This document shows positions 1 through 10,030 of a stretch of DNA of 64,000 bases, one piece after another. The stretch spans positions 610,514,001-610,578,000 of the forward strand of contig NC_067400.1 in the NCBI RefSeq assembly GCF_016432865.1. The letters run 5' to 3'. Position numbers and translations under genes: made by a program. The DNA is from Antechinus flavipes (taxonomy: Eukaryota). How positions within the stretch are numbered: position 1 is the stretch's first letter; each line of letters opens with the position of its first letter. The notes under the pieces were generated by a model, which was given only the letters and a program-made list of their open reading frames with translations, did not search any database and was not told where the DNA came from.

Positions 1-1711
1 GGCGCTGCTGCCTTGGGACAGTCCAGTCGCCTCCCTGGTCTGGGGGAGAGGGGGCTGTTAGGCGCTGACCTTTGCCCTCAGTCAGGGCTGGCGGTCAGGA
101 AGGTACCCCAGACTCATTAGTCTCTCTGAGCCAGTTTATTCTGAGGATCATGGTCTGAATTCAGCTTGAAGGATGTAAACATCCGACTCCAGTCCAATAG
201 GAAACTTCCCTTGGGAGCAGCCCCAAGCAAAGGCCCTCTGGCCTTAGGGTGACAAAGGGGGCTGGTCCTGGCTCCCTCCCTGACCTGAGGCTTGGGGGCC
301 AGCTTGGGCAGAGGGGAGCTGGGTGATGGAGTCAGACTAGTCAGGGAGGCTGCAGCTGGAGGGAGCCTTGCAGAGCTTGAGGAGGAGGCATCTGAACACT
401 TCCTCTCTTTATGGCTTGTTCTGTGGGATGTTTCCTACCTCGGTGTCCCCCAGAGGTGACCTTTCTTTTGCTCTTTCCTGAGCCCTCTTGAGGGCTGAGT
501 CCTCAGCTTAGCTGATGGGTCTGGGAGATGGGGCAGAGGTTCGGGGATGCTCAGGGCCCTTCAGCCACTTACTAGGCTGCGGTCTGACTCAGTGGGCTCT
601 GGCAGGCTTTTGTGGCACCACGGGGAGCCAACAGTCCCGTCTCGGGTCTGAGGACAGGGATGTCACCAGCCCAAACTGGGCACAGACAAGATGGGGGTGG
701 GGCAGGGGTGCTGGTGGAAGGGACACATGGGTGGATACGCAGATATAACCATGGGTGGGCGAATGGGGAAGGGGGGAGGTAACGAGACTGGAATAATAAG
801 ACCGTCTTGGAGGAATGCGTTCTCCCGGGGAGGAAGGCAGCAGGTGAGGGATAAGGATCTCCCGAACCTCTGCACACAGCTGGGCCTGCCTCCAGCTGTG
901 ACCAGGTCTGGTCCCAAGAGCTCGGGAAGGGGAAGGGCATCCTGAGAACAGCCTGGGAGGAAAGACAGGAACAGAGGAAGGGGGCAGGGAAGCTGGTAGG
1001 GAGAGGGGAGGGCTGGGGGAGAAAAGAAATCAGAACTCTGCCTGGCCCCTGGCCCGGGAAGGGGCCTCCTCCTTTCCAGCACCCCCCCTTCCCCACCGAG
1101 GGGCATCTTGGCTCAGTGACTGGGCAGCCCTACCCTTCTCCTTGGGCCTTCATCCTGTCTGTGGGGGTCTGTGGGCTTTCCGCTCCTGCTGGGTGTCAGA
1201 GGTAGACAGCCCTGGGTTCTGGGAGGACCTCTGGAAGTTTTGAAGCGTGCGCCAGACTTAGGGAGCCTGATGCTCGGTCCCTTTCTTAGGCAAGAAGCAG
1301 GTTCTCCCTGAAACCTGGACCCCAGGGCCTCAGGGAAGCGGCCCAGCTTGCTGTGCATGCTGGGATAGAGGGGACTTTCTTTTCTGTCTGGTCCCACATC
1401 AGGGCCGTGGTGTTTGGAGAGAGTGACCAATGACTCTGGGCTAGAGTCTGCCCAGACCTGCCCCTGGAAGGGCAGGGGATGCCCAGGCTGCCCTCTATGT
1501 ATCCGCTATAGAGGATCCGGACTGGCTTGTTGGGAAAACTGGAACCTTCAGGGAACTGGAACCTTCATCTTTGTGTCTGAATGTGTATGTAAAACTTGGA
1601 GTCAGGGAGGCAGAATTCTAATCCTGGGGGGCCCTGGATATGGGGCTCCAATTCTCAGTCTTGGGATCCTCATCTGTAAAATGAGTGGAGGGCCCCCAAA
1701 GTCTCTCGGTT

Positions 1712-1933
1712 CTAGAATGAGACCGTGGCTGTGTCTTTATCCATACAAAAGGGACTCTGGTCTAGCAGATCAGGAGCCATTGCCTGGGACTGAGCCATGT
1801 TTACAGAGTAAACACTGTCTGTGGAGGGGGAGCCCAGAGAGAGTTCTGAGACTGTCTGCCTGTGGGGAGCCAGGCCTTTTAGCTGCTGGACACGTGGGTC
1901 AGGGGTCACTGGGTCCCATGTTAGCTGGGCCAG
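1712..1933 (-). CDS. Candidate exon, unknown gene (LAQLTWDPVTPDPRVQQLKGLAPHRQ...)
   Basis: Minus-strand acceptor CCCCATCTCCTGTCCAG| ending at 1934, followed by an open phase-0 frame to the stop at 1712. Phase-compatible with the CAC|GTGAGT donor at 2311/2310. No recognisable homology. Confidence 0.15.
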   Translation of the reverse strand: MAQLTWDPVTPDPRVQQLKGLAPHRQTVSELSLGSPSTDSVYSVNMAQSQAMAPDLLDQSPFCMDKDTATVSF

Positions 1934-2022
1934 CTGGACAGGAGATGGGGTAGGGGGCAGGGAGGTGAGCCTGCTGATCCTCCTCCTTGTTCAGCTTGTG
2001 TTCTAAGTGGGGGTACAGACCC

Positions 2023-2245
2023 CCAAGGGAAACTTTAAGAATTCCTTTCTGGGCGCCCTTATCTGCTGAGATTTGGTACTTACCTGTCTGTGTGCTCAGC
2101 ATATTATCTATCTGCTTGTGTCCTGAGTCAGTGTACAGCCCCCCAACTGGTTAAGACAATAGAGGACCTTTAAGAGTTCCTTTCTGGGCCCCCTTATCTG
2201 CTGAGATTTGGTACTTAACTATGTCCTTAGCACATTATCTATCTG
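2023..2245. repeat. Local tandem duplication (about 80-110 bp unit, offset about 135 bp)
   Basis: ctttaagaattcctttctgggcgcccttatctgctgagatttggtactta...attatctatctg (2033-2114) recurs almost identically at 2168-2245. Confidence 0.9.
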
Positions 2246-2819
2246 TGGGTAGGTATTATGGATGAGAGTCTGGGTGACTCTTGCGGACCCCGTCTGCCCG
2301 TCTCACTCACGTGGGTCAGTGACGTGTGGGTTTGTTCAGTGAGCGTTTCCGTGTACGTGCTTGCATCAGTGTGAGCTGGGTCTGCCCCTGTGCCCGTGTG
2401 TGTGTGTGTCACTGGGATCGGCAGGCCGGCTGTAGTCACTACTATGGGTCACTGCCTCGTCACTATTTCCTTGTGACTGTCCACATGTGGTACGCCTGTG
2501 CACGTGTCTCTGGGTGAGCGGCTGTAGCTGCCAATGTCCAGGTGCATATTTCTGTGTATGTAGCAGAGTATGCTTGACCGTGGGTCTTAACATGGAGGAC
2601 ATGGTCGGGGGTCTCTGGAAACCCTCTGGTCAGACCCTGTTCATGTCTATCAGAGAGTTGAGGCAGTCCAGAGGTAAATAAAAGAGTGAAAAAAGAAATT
2701 TAAAGCTCAGAACTTGGGGAGTTTCCTCATCTGCCAAATCAGTGCCATATGTAATCTAGTATGAAGGCTATCCAATGTATTATGTGGCTATGAGAGAACT
2801 TGGGATGAGGGAGAATGGA

Positions 2820-3063
2820 GTGAGCATTTATTAAGTGCCTACTGTGTGCCAGGCATTGTGCTAAGTACTTTCCAAGCATTATTTCATTTGATCCTCGCAA
2901 TAATTCTGGGAGTAGGTGCTATTATTATTATCCCCATTTTACAATTGAGGAAACTGAGATACCCAGAAGTGAGGTAGGTCATTTTCCCAGGGTCATACAG
3001 TAAGTGTCCGAAGTTGGATTTGAACTCAGATCTCCCTGAGACCGTGCACTAGGCCTCTAGCTG
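2820..3063 (-). mobile_element. MIR/CORE-SINE
   Basis: Reverse complement of the MIR core and tail (catttattaagtgcctactgtgtgccaggc...ccccattttacaattgaggaaactgag...ggatttgaactcag). Confidence 0.9.
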
Positions 3064-3074
3064 CCTGATGCAAG

Positions 3075-3215
3075 GATGTCAGTTTGGGAAAGATGTCACC
3101 ACGGCAACAGCACTGGGGTGATGATGTCATGGTGATGACTTAGTGTTGATGACATCACGGGGCAACGACAACATCATATGACATAATAAGGCACTTGTTG
3201 TCTCCATGACAACTT
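3075..3215. promoter_or_regulatory. RFX X-box and CRE-like motif cluster (putative promoter)
   Basis: GTCACCACGGCAAC at 3095-3108 fits GTNRCC-N0-3-RGYAAC. GTCTCCATGACAAC at 3200-3213 and a GGCAAC half-site at 3161-3166 are also present. TGATGTCA and TGACATCA CRE-like octamers lie in the same 140 bp. Confidence 0.55.
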
Positions 3216-3231
3216 GTAAGCTGCTAAGACC

Positions 3232-3379
3232 ATGGCCCCGGCTTGGACGGGCTCAGGGCATTCAGTCTCTCATGGATGGGAGAGCCCTCGATCGGCCCCA
3301 GATGGGGGTCATAGGCCAGATGCCAGTAGCCCGGCCGGCTTGTTAGCAGCAGGAGAGAGTCCACTGTGTATTAGCCAGG
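3232..3379 (+). CDS. Candidate first coding exon (MAPAWTGSGHSVSHGWESPRSAPDGG...CISQ)
   Basis: Kozak ACCATGG at 3229-3235 just downstream of the X-boxes. The frame is open to the donor AGG|GTAGGT at 3379/3380. No homology recognised. Confidence 0.2.
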
Positions 3380-4349
3380 GTAGGTAGGAGCTGAGGGGGA
3401 GGGGGAGGCGCTCACAGCCAGACCCCCAACCTGCATCCCTATAATTTTCCCATCAGCCTCTGGCTTTCTCATTTCCCACCAGAGCAGAGGAGACGCCTGG
3501 TTTCCCTGTCCCAGAGCAGAATTCTTCTCTAATTAATTGCAAAGACCCAATTACATTCCCCTCTTGACCTTCACCCTTCTTTCTGGAAAAATAATTTCTG
3601 TGGGAGCTTTGAAAGTCGGTGCTGAGGCCTGCAGTGAGTATTTACACAGGGGGACTGTGCTAATATTGACTTAAGATGGGATCCTGTTTGTTAGGAGGGA
3701 AGGCAGGAGGTTCAGCTCTTTTCACCCCCCTTTTCTCTACTTCAGAGAGATGGCCCCCTCAGACAGGACCCGAGGCTCCCAGCAGCCCGGCCTCCATGTC
3801 TGTTCTGCATTAAATAGGAAGACCGGCCAGAATGACCCCGGCAGGGTCAGCAAGAAGTCTTAGCAATGCCGGGGAGCAGCATCAGGTGGGAGGGACCCGG
3901 AGGGCCAGTTCCCTGTCTCCGTGTCACCCTTGCCTCCACTGGCCCATCCGCTCAGTGCCTTCTTGTGATGGCATCATAGAACGGATTGTAGACTTAGAGC
4001 TGAAATGGACCTTACCCCTTACCCAGAGACCTCAGTTCAAACCTGTCATGGTACAGATGAGGAAATTGAGGCACAGAGTTTAGGTGACTTTCTCAGCTAA
4101 GGTGCGAGGTAGGATTTGACTACAATCCATCATGTTGCCCATTGTACTACCTAGTAGGTGCTTTAAAAAATACCTGTTGCTTAATTGGTTGACTAAAGTC
4201 AAGGTTTCTGGGAATTCCATGTGGTTTAGATTCTCTTGGGCTCAGCAAACAGTCAGAGCATGGACAAAGACATCTTCTTCCATCTCCCTCCTAGATTCCT
4301 CCCAAACCAACCATTTTGCCTAGGAATCTCCTCCTTCAAAGCTGTGCTT

Positions 4350-4590
4350 TTGGATAGGGGCCTGGACCTGGCTTCAGGAAGAACTGAGGTCAAATGCCGA
4401 TTCAGTCACTTACTAGCTGGGTGACCCTGGACAAGTAACTGTACCTCAGCTTCATCAACTGATAAATAGAAATAGTAATAGCAAATAACAACCAGGATTT
4501 TTGTCAGGATCAAATAAGATAATATTTGTAAAGTACTTAGCATAGCACATGGTGTATATAATTGGTGCTTAATAAGTGCTTATTCCCTTC
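4350..4590 (+). mobile_element. MIR
   Basis: ctagctgggtgaccctggacaagt...atttgtaaagtacttagcatagcac...cttaataagtgct follows the MIR consensus. Confidence 0.85.
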
Positions 4591-4689
4591 TTCCCCTTCC
4601 CTGGGTTCTATCCTCTCAAAAACTCCATGGTGCCATAGATTTCACCAATCCCTTAGTCTCTGTCCTGAGATGTTCTTCCCCTTGACCTC

Positions 4690-5085
4690 TGCCTCCTGGA
4701 ATCCCCTTGTCTCCTTCCAAATTCAGGTACCACTTCCTCCATAAAGTCTTCCTGCTCCCCTCCCCAGCTACTTCCTCCCTCCCCAAACCATCTTGAATTC
4801 AGAATCTTATCTAGACTATATATCCTGATGTTTCTAGGTTTTCACTCCTTCTTCAAATGCAGGCTTCTTGAGGGCTTTGTCATATTCCCAGCACACTTCC
4901 TGGTACACAGTAGGGGCTTAATAAATGCTTGGTGATTGAAAATGGCAGTAATTCTGAAGCAATCAACCAGCATTTATCAAGTGGTAGGCACTGTATGAAG
5001 CCTTTAAGAATACAAAGAAAGGGGGAAAAAATCCAATTCTTACCTTTAAGGAACTGCCATTCTAAAGGGAGATAAAGCAAACAAT
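4690..5085. mobile_element. Two L2 3' ends, tail to tail (+ 4690-4940; - 4955-5085)
   Basis: cctggtacacagtaggggcttaataaatgcttg and its reverse-orientation counterpart aatcaaccagcatttatcaagtgg. Confidence 0.7.
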
Positions 5086-5114
5086 AACGTACGTGTAAGA
5101 TATACACATAGAGC

Positions 5115-5310
5115 AGGACAACTGTATACATAGATTGCATTTAATGTATACTTTAACATATTTAACATGTATTGGACTACCTGCCATCTAGAGAAGGGGG
5201 GGGGGAGGAGGGGAAAAATTGGAACAGAAAGTTTGGCAAGGGTCAGTGTTGAAAAATTACCCATGAATATGTTCTGTCAATAAAAAGCTATACTAATAAT
5301 ATATATAAAA
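5115..5310 (+). mobile_element. Marsupial L1 3' end with A-rich tail
   Basis: acatatttaacatgtattggactacctgccatctagag...aaaattggaacagaaag...aataaaaagct. A near-identical copy lies at 39040-39225. Confidence 0.85.
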
Positions 5311-5419
5311 AAGATATATACGCAGGCTAAAGTGGAGCAATAAAGGGAAGGCGTTCATTAAGGAGGGACTGGCAAAGGTATCTTACCGAGAGGTGAATTT
5401 TGGCTGAGACTTTAAAAAG

Positions 5420-5885
5420 TTAATTTGTTTTCCCTCCAGTTACATGTAAAGACAATCTCCAACATTCATTTTCCAAAAATTGCGAGTTGCAAATTTTCTC
5501 TGTCCCTCTCTCACCTCCTCCATTCCTGAGACGCTAAGCAATTTGATATAGGTTATACGTGTTCAATCATGCAAAACATATTACCATATTAGTCATGTTG
5601 TGAAAGAAGACAGACACAAAGGAAAAAAAAACAGAAAAAATACAGAAAGTGAAAAATTGTATCCTTTGATCTGCATTCAAAGTGCATCATCTGTTGTTTT
5701 TTTTTTTTTTTTCTGGAGGTGGATAGCAATTTTTTTTTTATCATGAGTCCTTTGGAACTGTCTTGGATTACTGTTTTGCTGGAGAATTAAGTCATTATTT
5801 AATCTGCTGTTGCTGCGTGCCATGTTCCCCTGGTTCTGCTCACTTAACTTTGCATCGATTCGTGGAAGTCTTTCCAGGTATTTTT
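5420..5885 (-). mobile_element. Marsupial L1 3' region
   Basis: ttacatgtaaagacaat...gcaatttgatataggttatac...tctgctcacttaactttgcatc. Same family as the copies at 14320, 45160 and 46540. Confidence 0.8.
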
Positions 5886-6074
5886 CTCAAGTCCAGCTCT
5901 AACTCTACGATTCTACCCATGTGACTTTGGACAAGGTCCGGGGTCTCGGTGACGCAGTGAGTGAAGGCTGCGAGATGCTCTATATACGTGATCTCATTCT
6001 AGTCTCTCAACAACTTTGGATGGTAGATGCTATTTATTAATATCCCCATTTTATAGATGAGAAGACTTTCCTTC

Positions 6075-6381
6075 TGTTAACAAAAAGAACGTAGAATTGG
6101 ACACTTATGGATAGGAACTTTCTGGGGAAAATCCTTATGAAAGAAGCAGAGATATTGACGGGGTCACGGCAATGTATTTTCCCAGCTGGCACTGCAGGGT
6201 TGGGTCCCCAGAGGATGACCACTGTCATAGGTTACAAAAGTATAGTCTGTGGTTCTTTATTCCGAAAACTATAGTTCAAGAGCCCCCACCAATAAACTTA
6301 GCTTTAATAGTCAGCCGGTTGATTATTTTGCTCAAAGCAAAGGCATTGACTAAAATAACATAGTAACAAAACTAGCTACAC
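6075..6381 (+). mobile_element. Probable solo LTR fragment
   Basis: TG...CA-bounded segment with AATAAA at about 6290. Shares CTTTAATAGTCAGCC and AACTAGCTA with 12940-13195. Confidence 0.4.
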
Positions 6382-7499
6382 GATACCTTCTCCTCCCATG
6401 AATCTGAGGTTCCATGGCAAGAGTGGGCTCAAACTCAGATGGAGAGTAAGGCCCCAGTTTCCCTTGTTGTCTCATCCTTCTCCTGCCTCGACTATTTGAG
6501 TGAATTGATTAGATTGGATCCTTGAGTCTGCTCCTCTCTTGTTTTTTCCTGTAATCATATCTTGGCCTGGGAGATTGGTCGGGGAGCAACATCCTCTACC
6601 CTCCATAGTAATAACTGATTTTTACACAATGCTCCGAGATTTACAAAGCACTTAACAGTTATGGCTTTATTCTAGCTTAATAATAGCTCTTCTAGGTAGC
6701 TGCTAACATCATCCCCCTTTTAGAGATGAGGAAACTGAGACCAACAGAGAAGTTAGGTCACTTGCTTAAAATCATACATGGCAGCACTTGGATTGAAATT
6801 CTGACCCTTTGTGTCTCGATTCAGCCCTCGTGCCCTCGTAATCATGCCATTTATGGCTTGGGTACACATCAAGGCTGGGCTTGTGTGAAATCTGTTTTTT
6901 AAGTATCCCCTCACAGCCAGAGTGGGTTCTGCTTCCTCTTCTCATCTGACCGTACGGACTATTGATGAATTGGGGAAATAAGACATTTGTTTGTGTTTCC
7001 ATGTTTTATAAGTTTTTCTTTCATAGAGGGAGAGCCAGAGGCAGCCCCCCTGCCCTTGCAAGGAAGAAGACCCTTCCCTAGGGATATCTATTCTGCTTAC
7101 CAAGAGAATCTGCTCCCAGTTTCATCGTGGATCCTTATGGAAGGACTGGCTCATCCACCCCTTGGTCTCTGGGCCTGCCTGGGAATTCCTTTCCTTATCT
7201 GTATGATGAGGAGGTTGGATAGATGATCTTTGAGGTCAGTTCTGGTCAATATCTGTGAGTCTATAGTCTCTTCTATAGTCTCTTCTTTCATCCTCCTCTT
7301 CCTCTTCTCTTTTTCCTTCTCTTCTTGCTCTGCCTTTGTATGATTCTGACCCATGGTGACTCTTCCCAGTTCAGAGACCACTAGAAGTGATCCAACACCT
7401 CTCCCCTCCCACCACATACACTGCCTTCCCATTACCTAATATTCCTGTCTTTTTTGATCTCTTTCCTTTTTTCCTCAGCTGTGGTCTGGGGAGATAAGT

Positions 7500-8060
7500 C
7501 ACAGAACCCCAGAATGGCGGAGTTGGAAGGAACCTCGGCTTCTCGGCAGAGATCTGGCCAATCCGTTCCACAACCTGATCAGCACCCGCCCCAGTACTCA
7601 ATACCCCAATCGGTGGTCCTTGCTTGAGATCCTCTTCGGCCATGGAGAGCCCCTTCTCTCATCACTCTGAGAAGTTTGGCTTACGTAGAGCCGAAACCCA
7701 CATCTCGGTAGCAGCCCTTCACTGCTCCTAGCGGGGCTAAGCAGAACGAATCAAATGCTTTTTCCACACAGCAGCCCTTCCGATATTGGAAGACACTGCT
7801 CGTGTCTCTCCTGAGGAGGCTTTTCCTCAAACGAAATCTCACGACCTAGTTCTTTCCCTGTTTTCTATGGCAAGATACGCAGAGGCCCTTCCACATCCTG
7901 GTTGCCTTGCCCTGGGCGCTCTCTAGATTATTGGCAACAGCCCTAAAACGTGGTGCCCAGGATGGAACATGGCACTTCAGAGAACTTCTGGTCAGGGTAA
8001 CAGATTGGGAGATCCCATGATCTGGACCACTGAAACTTGATTCTAGCCAATCTGGAATCT
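7500..8060 (-). mobile_element. L3/CR1 LINE 3' region (CpG-rich copy)
   Basis: agaatggcggagttggaaggaacc...ttggaagacactgctcgtgtc...catcctggttgcc...aaaacgtggtgcccag matches the reverse-complemented L3 3' consensus. Confidence 0.75.
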
Positions 8061-8274
8061 GGGACTTCCTCGGTCCCCAAAGGCCTCTCAGAGATCAATG
8101 GGTAGAGGGTGGGTGGGGGATAGGGGATGGGTGGGGTAGGAATGTGGGCACAGGATGAGTCAGGAGAAACGGAGCACTAAGCGTTCCTCCCCCCTCTACC
8201 TGCCAACCCCGACCCAAAGAACAACAACCTTTGTTTGTGAACCTGGAAGGGGTAAATGAATGGGGGAGGGAAGG

Positions 8275-8690
8275 TGCAGAGGGAGAGAAGGTGGGGGAAG
8301 GAGGGAGAAGAGAGACAGATGTAAAGGAGAGAGGAAAAGGGGGGATGAAAGGACAGAGAGATAGAGACAGAGACTGACAGAGAGGCAGACAGACAAGCAG
8401 AAACAGGCATAGAGGAGGAAGAAGAGAAGGAGAAAGAGGAAGAAGAGGAAGAGGAAGAAAAAGATGAGGAGAAGGAGGAGAAAGAGAAAGAGGAAGAGGA
8501 GGAAGAGAAAGAAGAAGAAGAGGAGGGGAGGAAAAAAGAAGGAGGAAGAGGAGGAGGAGGAGGAAGAAGAGGAGGAAGAGAAAGAAGAAGAGGAGGAGGA
8601 GGAGAAAGAGGAAGAGGAACAAGAAGGAAGGAAGGCGAGACAGAGACAGAGAGAAGGGAGAGGGAGGGGGAAAGAGAAAGGCTCTTGGAG
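8275..8690. repeat. Polypurine (GA/GAG/GAA) low-complexity tract
   Basis: About 400 bp that is almost entirely purine on the + strand. It explains the poly-E/R and poly-S/L ORFs. Confidence 0.95.
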
Positions 8691-8744
8691 AAGATGCTTG
8701 GGCTAGAGAAGAAAGAAATATGTGTATAAGAGGTATTCATTTCA

Positions 8745-9004
8745 AAAATTGTGTTCAGTGGGTCAAGCCAGCTCCTGGAGAGGCTGGGGTTCTCTTGACA
8801 ACTTGAGCTCAGAAGCTCAAAGCTGTGGAGGGTATAAGTATGGTGGGTCACCTGGCATCAGAATTGTCTTAGGCTATCTAAGGAGGGTCACACACCCCAA
8901 GTCATGTTGGGGGCAGGTCAAACTCCCCAAGCTATCAGAGGTAAAGTCAGGCTGTAAGTGACCATTGTACTTCCAGCCTGAGTAAAAAAGGGAGACTGAG
9001 TCTC
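8745..9004 (+). pseudogene. Degenerate 7SL (SRP RNA) retrocopy / 7SL-derived repeat
   Basis: Collinear 7SL blocks: CCAGCT..GAGGCTG, GGCATCA, CTAAGGAGGG (8878-8887), GCAGGTCAAACTCCC (8913-8927), CCAGCCTGAG (8973-8982), GAGAC..GTCTC (8992-9004). Confidence 0.75.
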
Positions 9005-9299
9005 GTACTGCAAATTCCCCCCGAGCCCGCCAAAGTTTGAGAGGAATGAGTTTGGGGATGGGTGGGAGACCAACAAATCCACAGATAAATACATTCAAAG
9101 TAAGAGGAAGAATTCTGTGGAGATGGGGAGCTCCCAAATGGAGGTCAGCACCTTTTCTCTAACTTTTAGTCAGGGGAGCTACTATGTCTAATAAGCTGAT
9201 GAGGCAGGGGGAACAGGAGTCAGTGAGAGAAGGGCTTTAAATGACAAACAAATGACTTTGTCTCAGATTCTGGAGGCCAAAGTGTGCTGCCATGGGTTG

Positions 9300-10030
9300 A
9301 TGGTTGGAAATAAAGATGGATGGATAGATGGCTACTTGGGTTTTAGATGAATGCGTTTAAGAATAGATGGATAGATAGTTGGCTAGATAGAGATAGGTGG
9401 ATGGATGGATAGACAGACAGACAGAGGTCTAACAGGTCTATCATAGTACCTTTGAACAGGGCTCTCTAGAATACTGGGAAAAGTATCTCAGAACCAAGTG
9501 GTCTCTTTTCTGGACTTGTTCAAGCTAGGGGTCCTCCAAATCAAGGATTTGTAGGCTCTTTGGGAGAAAAGGGCATCCCTTGTGCCTGTGAGGTCTCCAG
9601 TCTATAACTAATTCATATGAAAAATATTGTAGAGTAGAGTATTCTCCCCCCATCCTTTGATTAATGGAAGTCCTGAATGGGAAGGCTTCAGGGATTTAAC
9701 ACCCATTAGAGGGTTTCTCCTGATAGGGGGTGACCATGATGGAATGGGGAATGATGGCGATGGTGCTGATGATGATGGAGGCAGTAATGAAGATGGCTCT
9801 GAGGGTGATGATAATGGCGGTGGTACTGAAAACGGTGACAAGGGTGTTGGTGAGGATGGGGCTGACAGCAGTTGTCATGGCGGTGGTAAGTCGATGGCGG
9901 CGATGAAAAAGGCCACAGTGATGGAATGATGGTGATGAGGATGGTGATGAAGACAGAACAATGGTGATTACAGCAGTAATAACAATAATACTATTGCTGA
10001 TGGCGAAGATGATGATGATGATGATGGCGA
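9300..10030. repeat. (GATG/GATA)n at 9300-9425 and degenerate (GAT/GGT)n at 9680-10030
   Basis: Directly visible simple repeats. Confidence 0.9.

Noticed and set aside
8095-8851. Long poly-E/R/S/L ORFs
   Set aside because: They are translations of a polypurine simple repeat.
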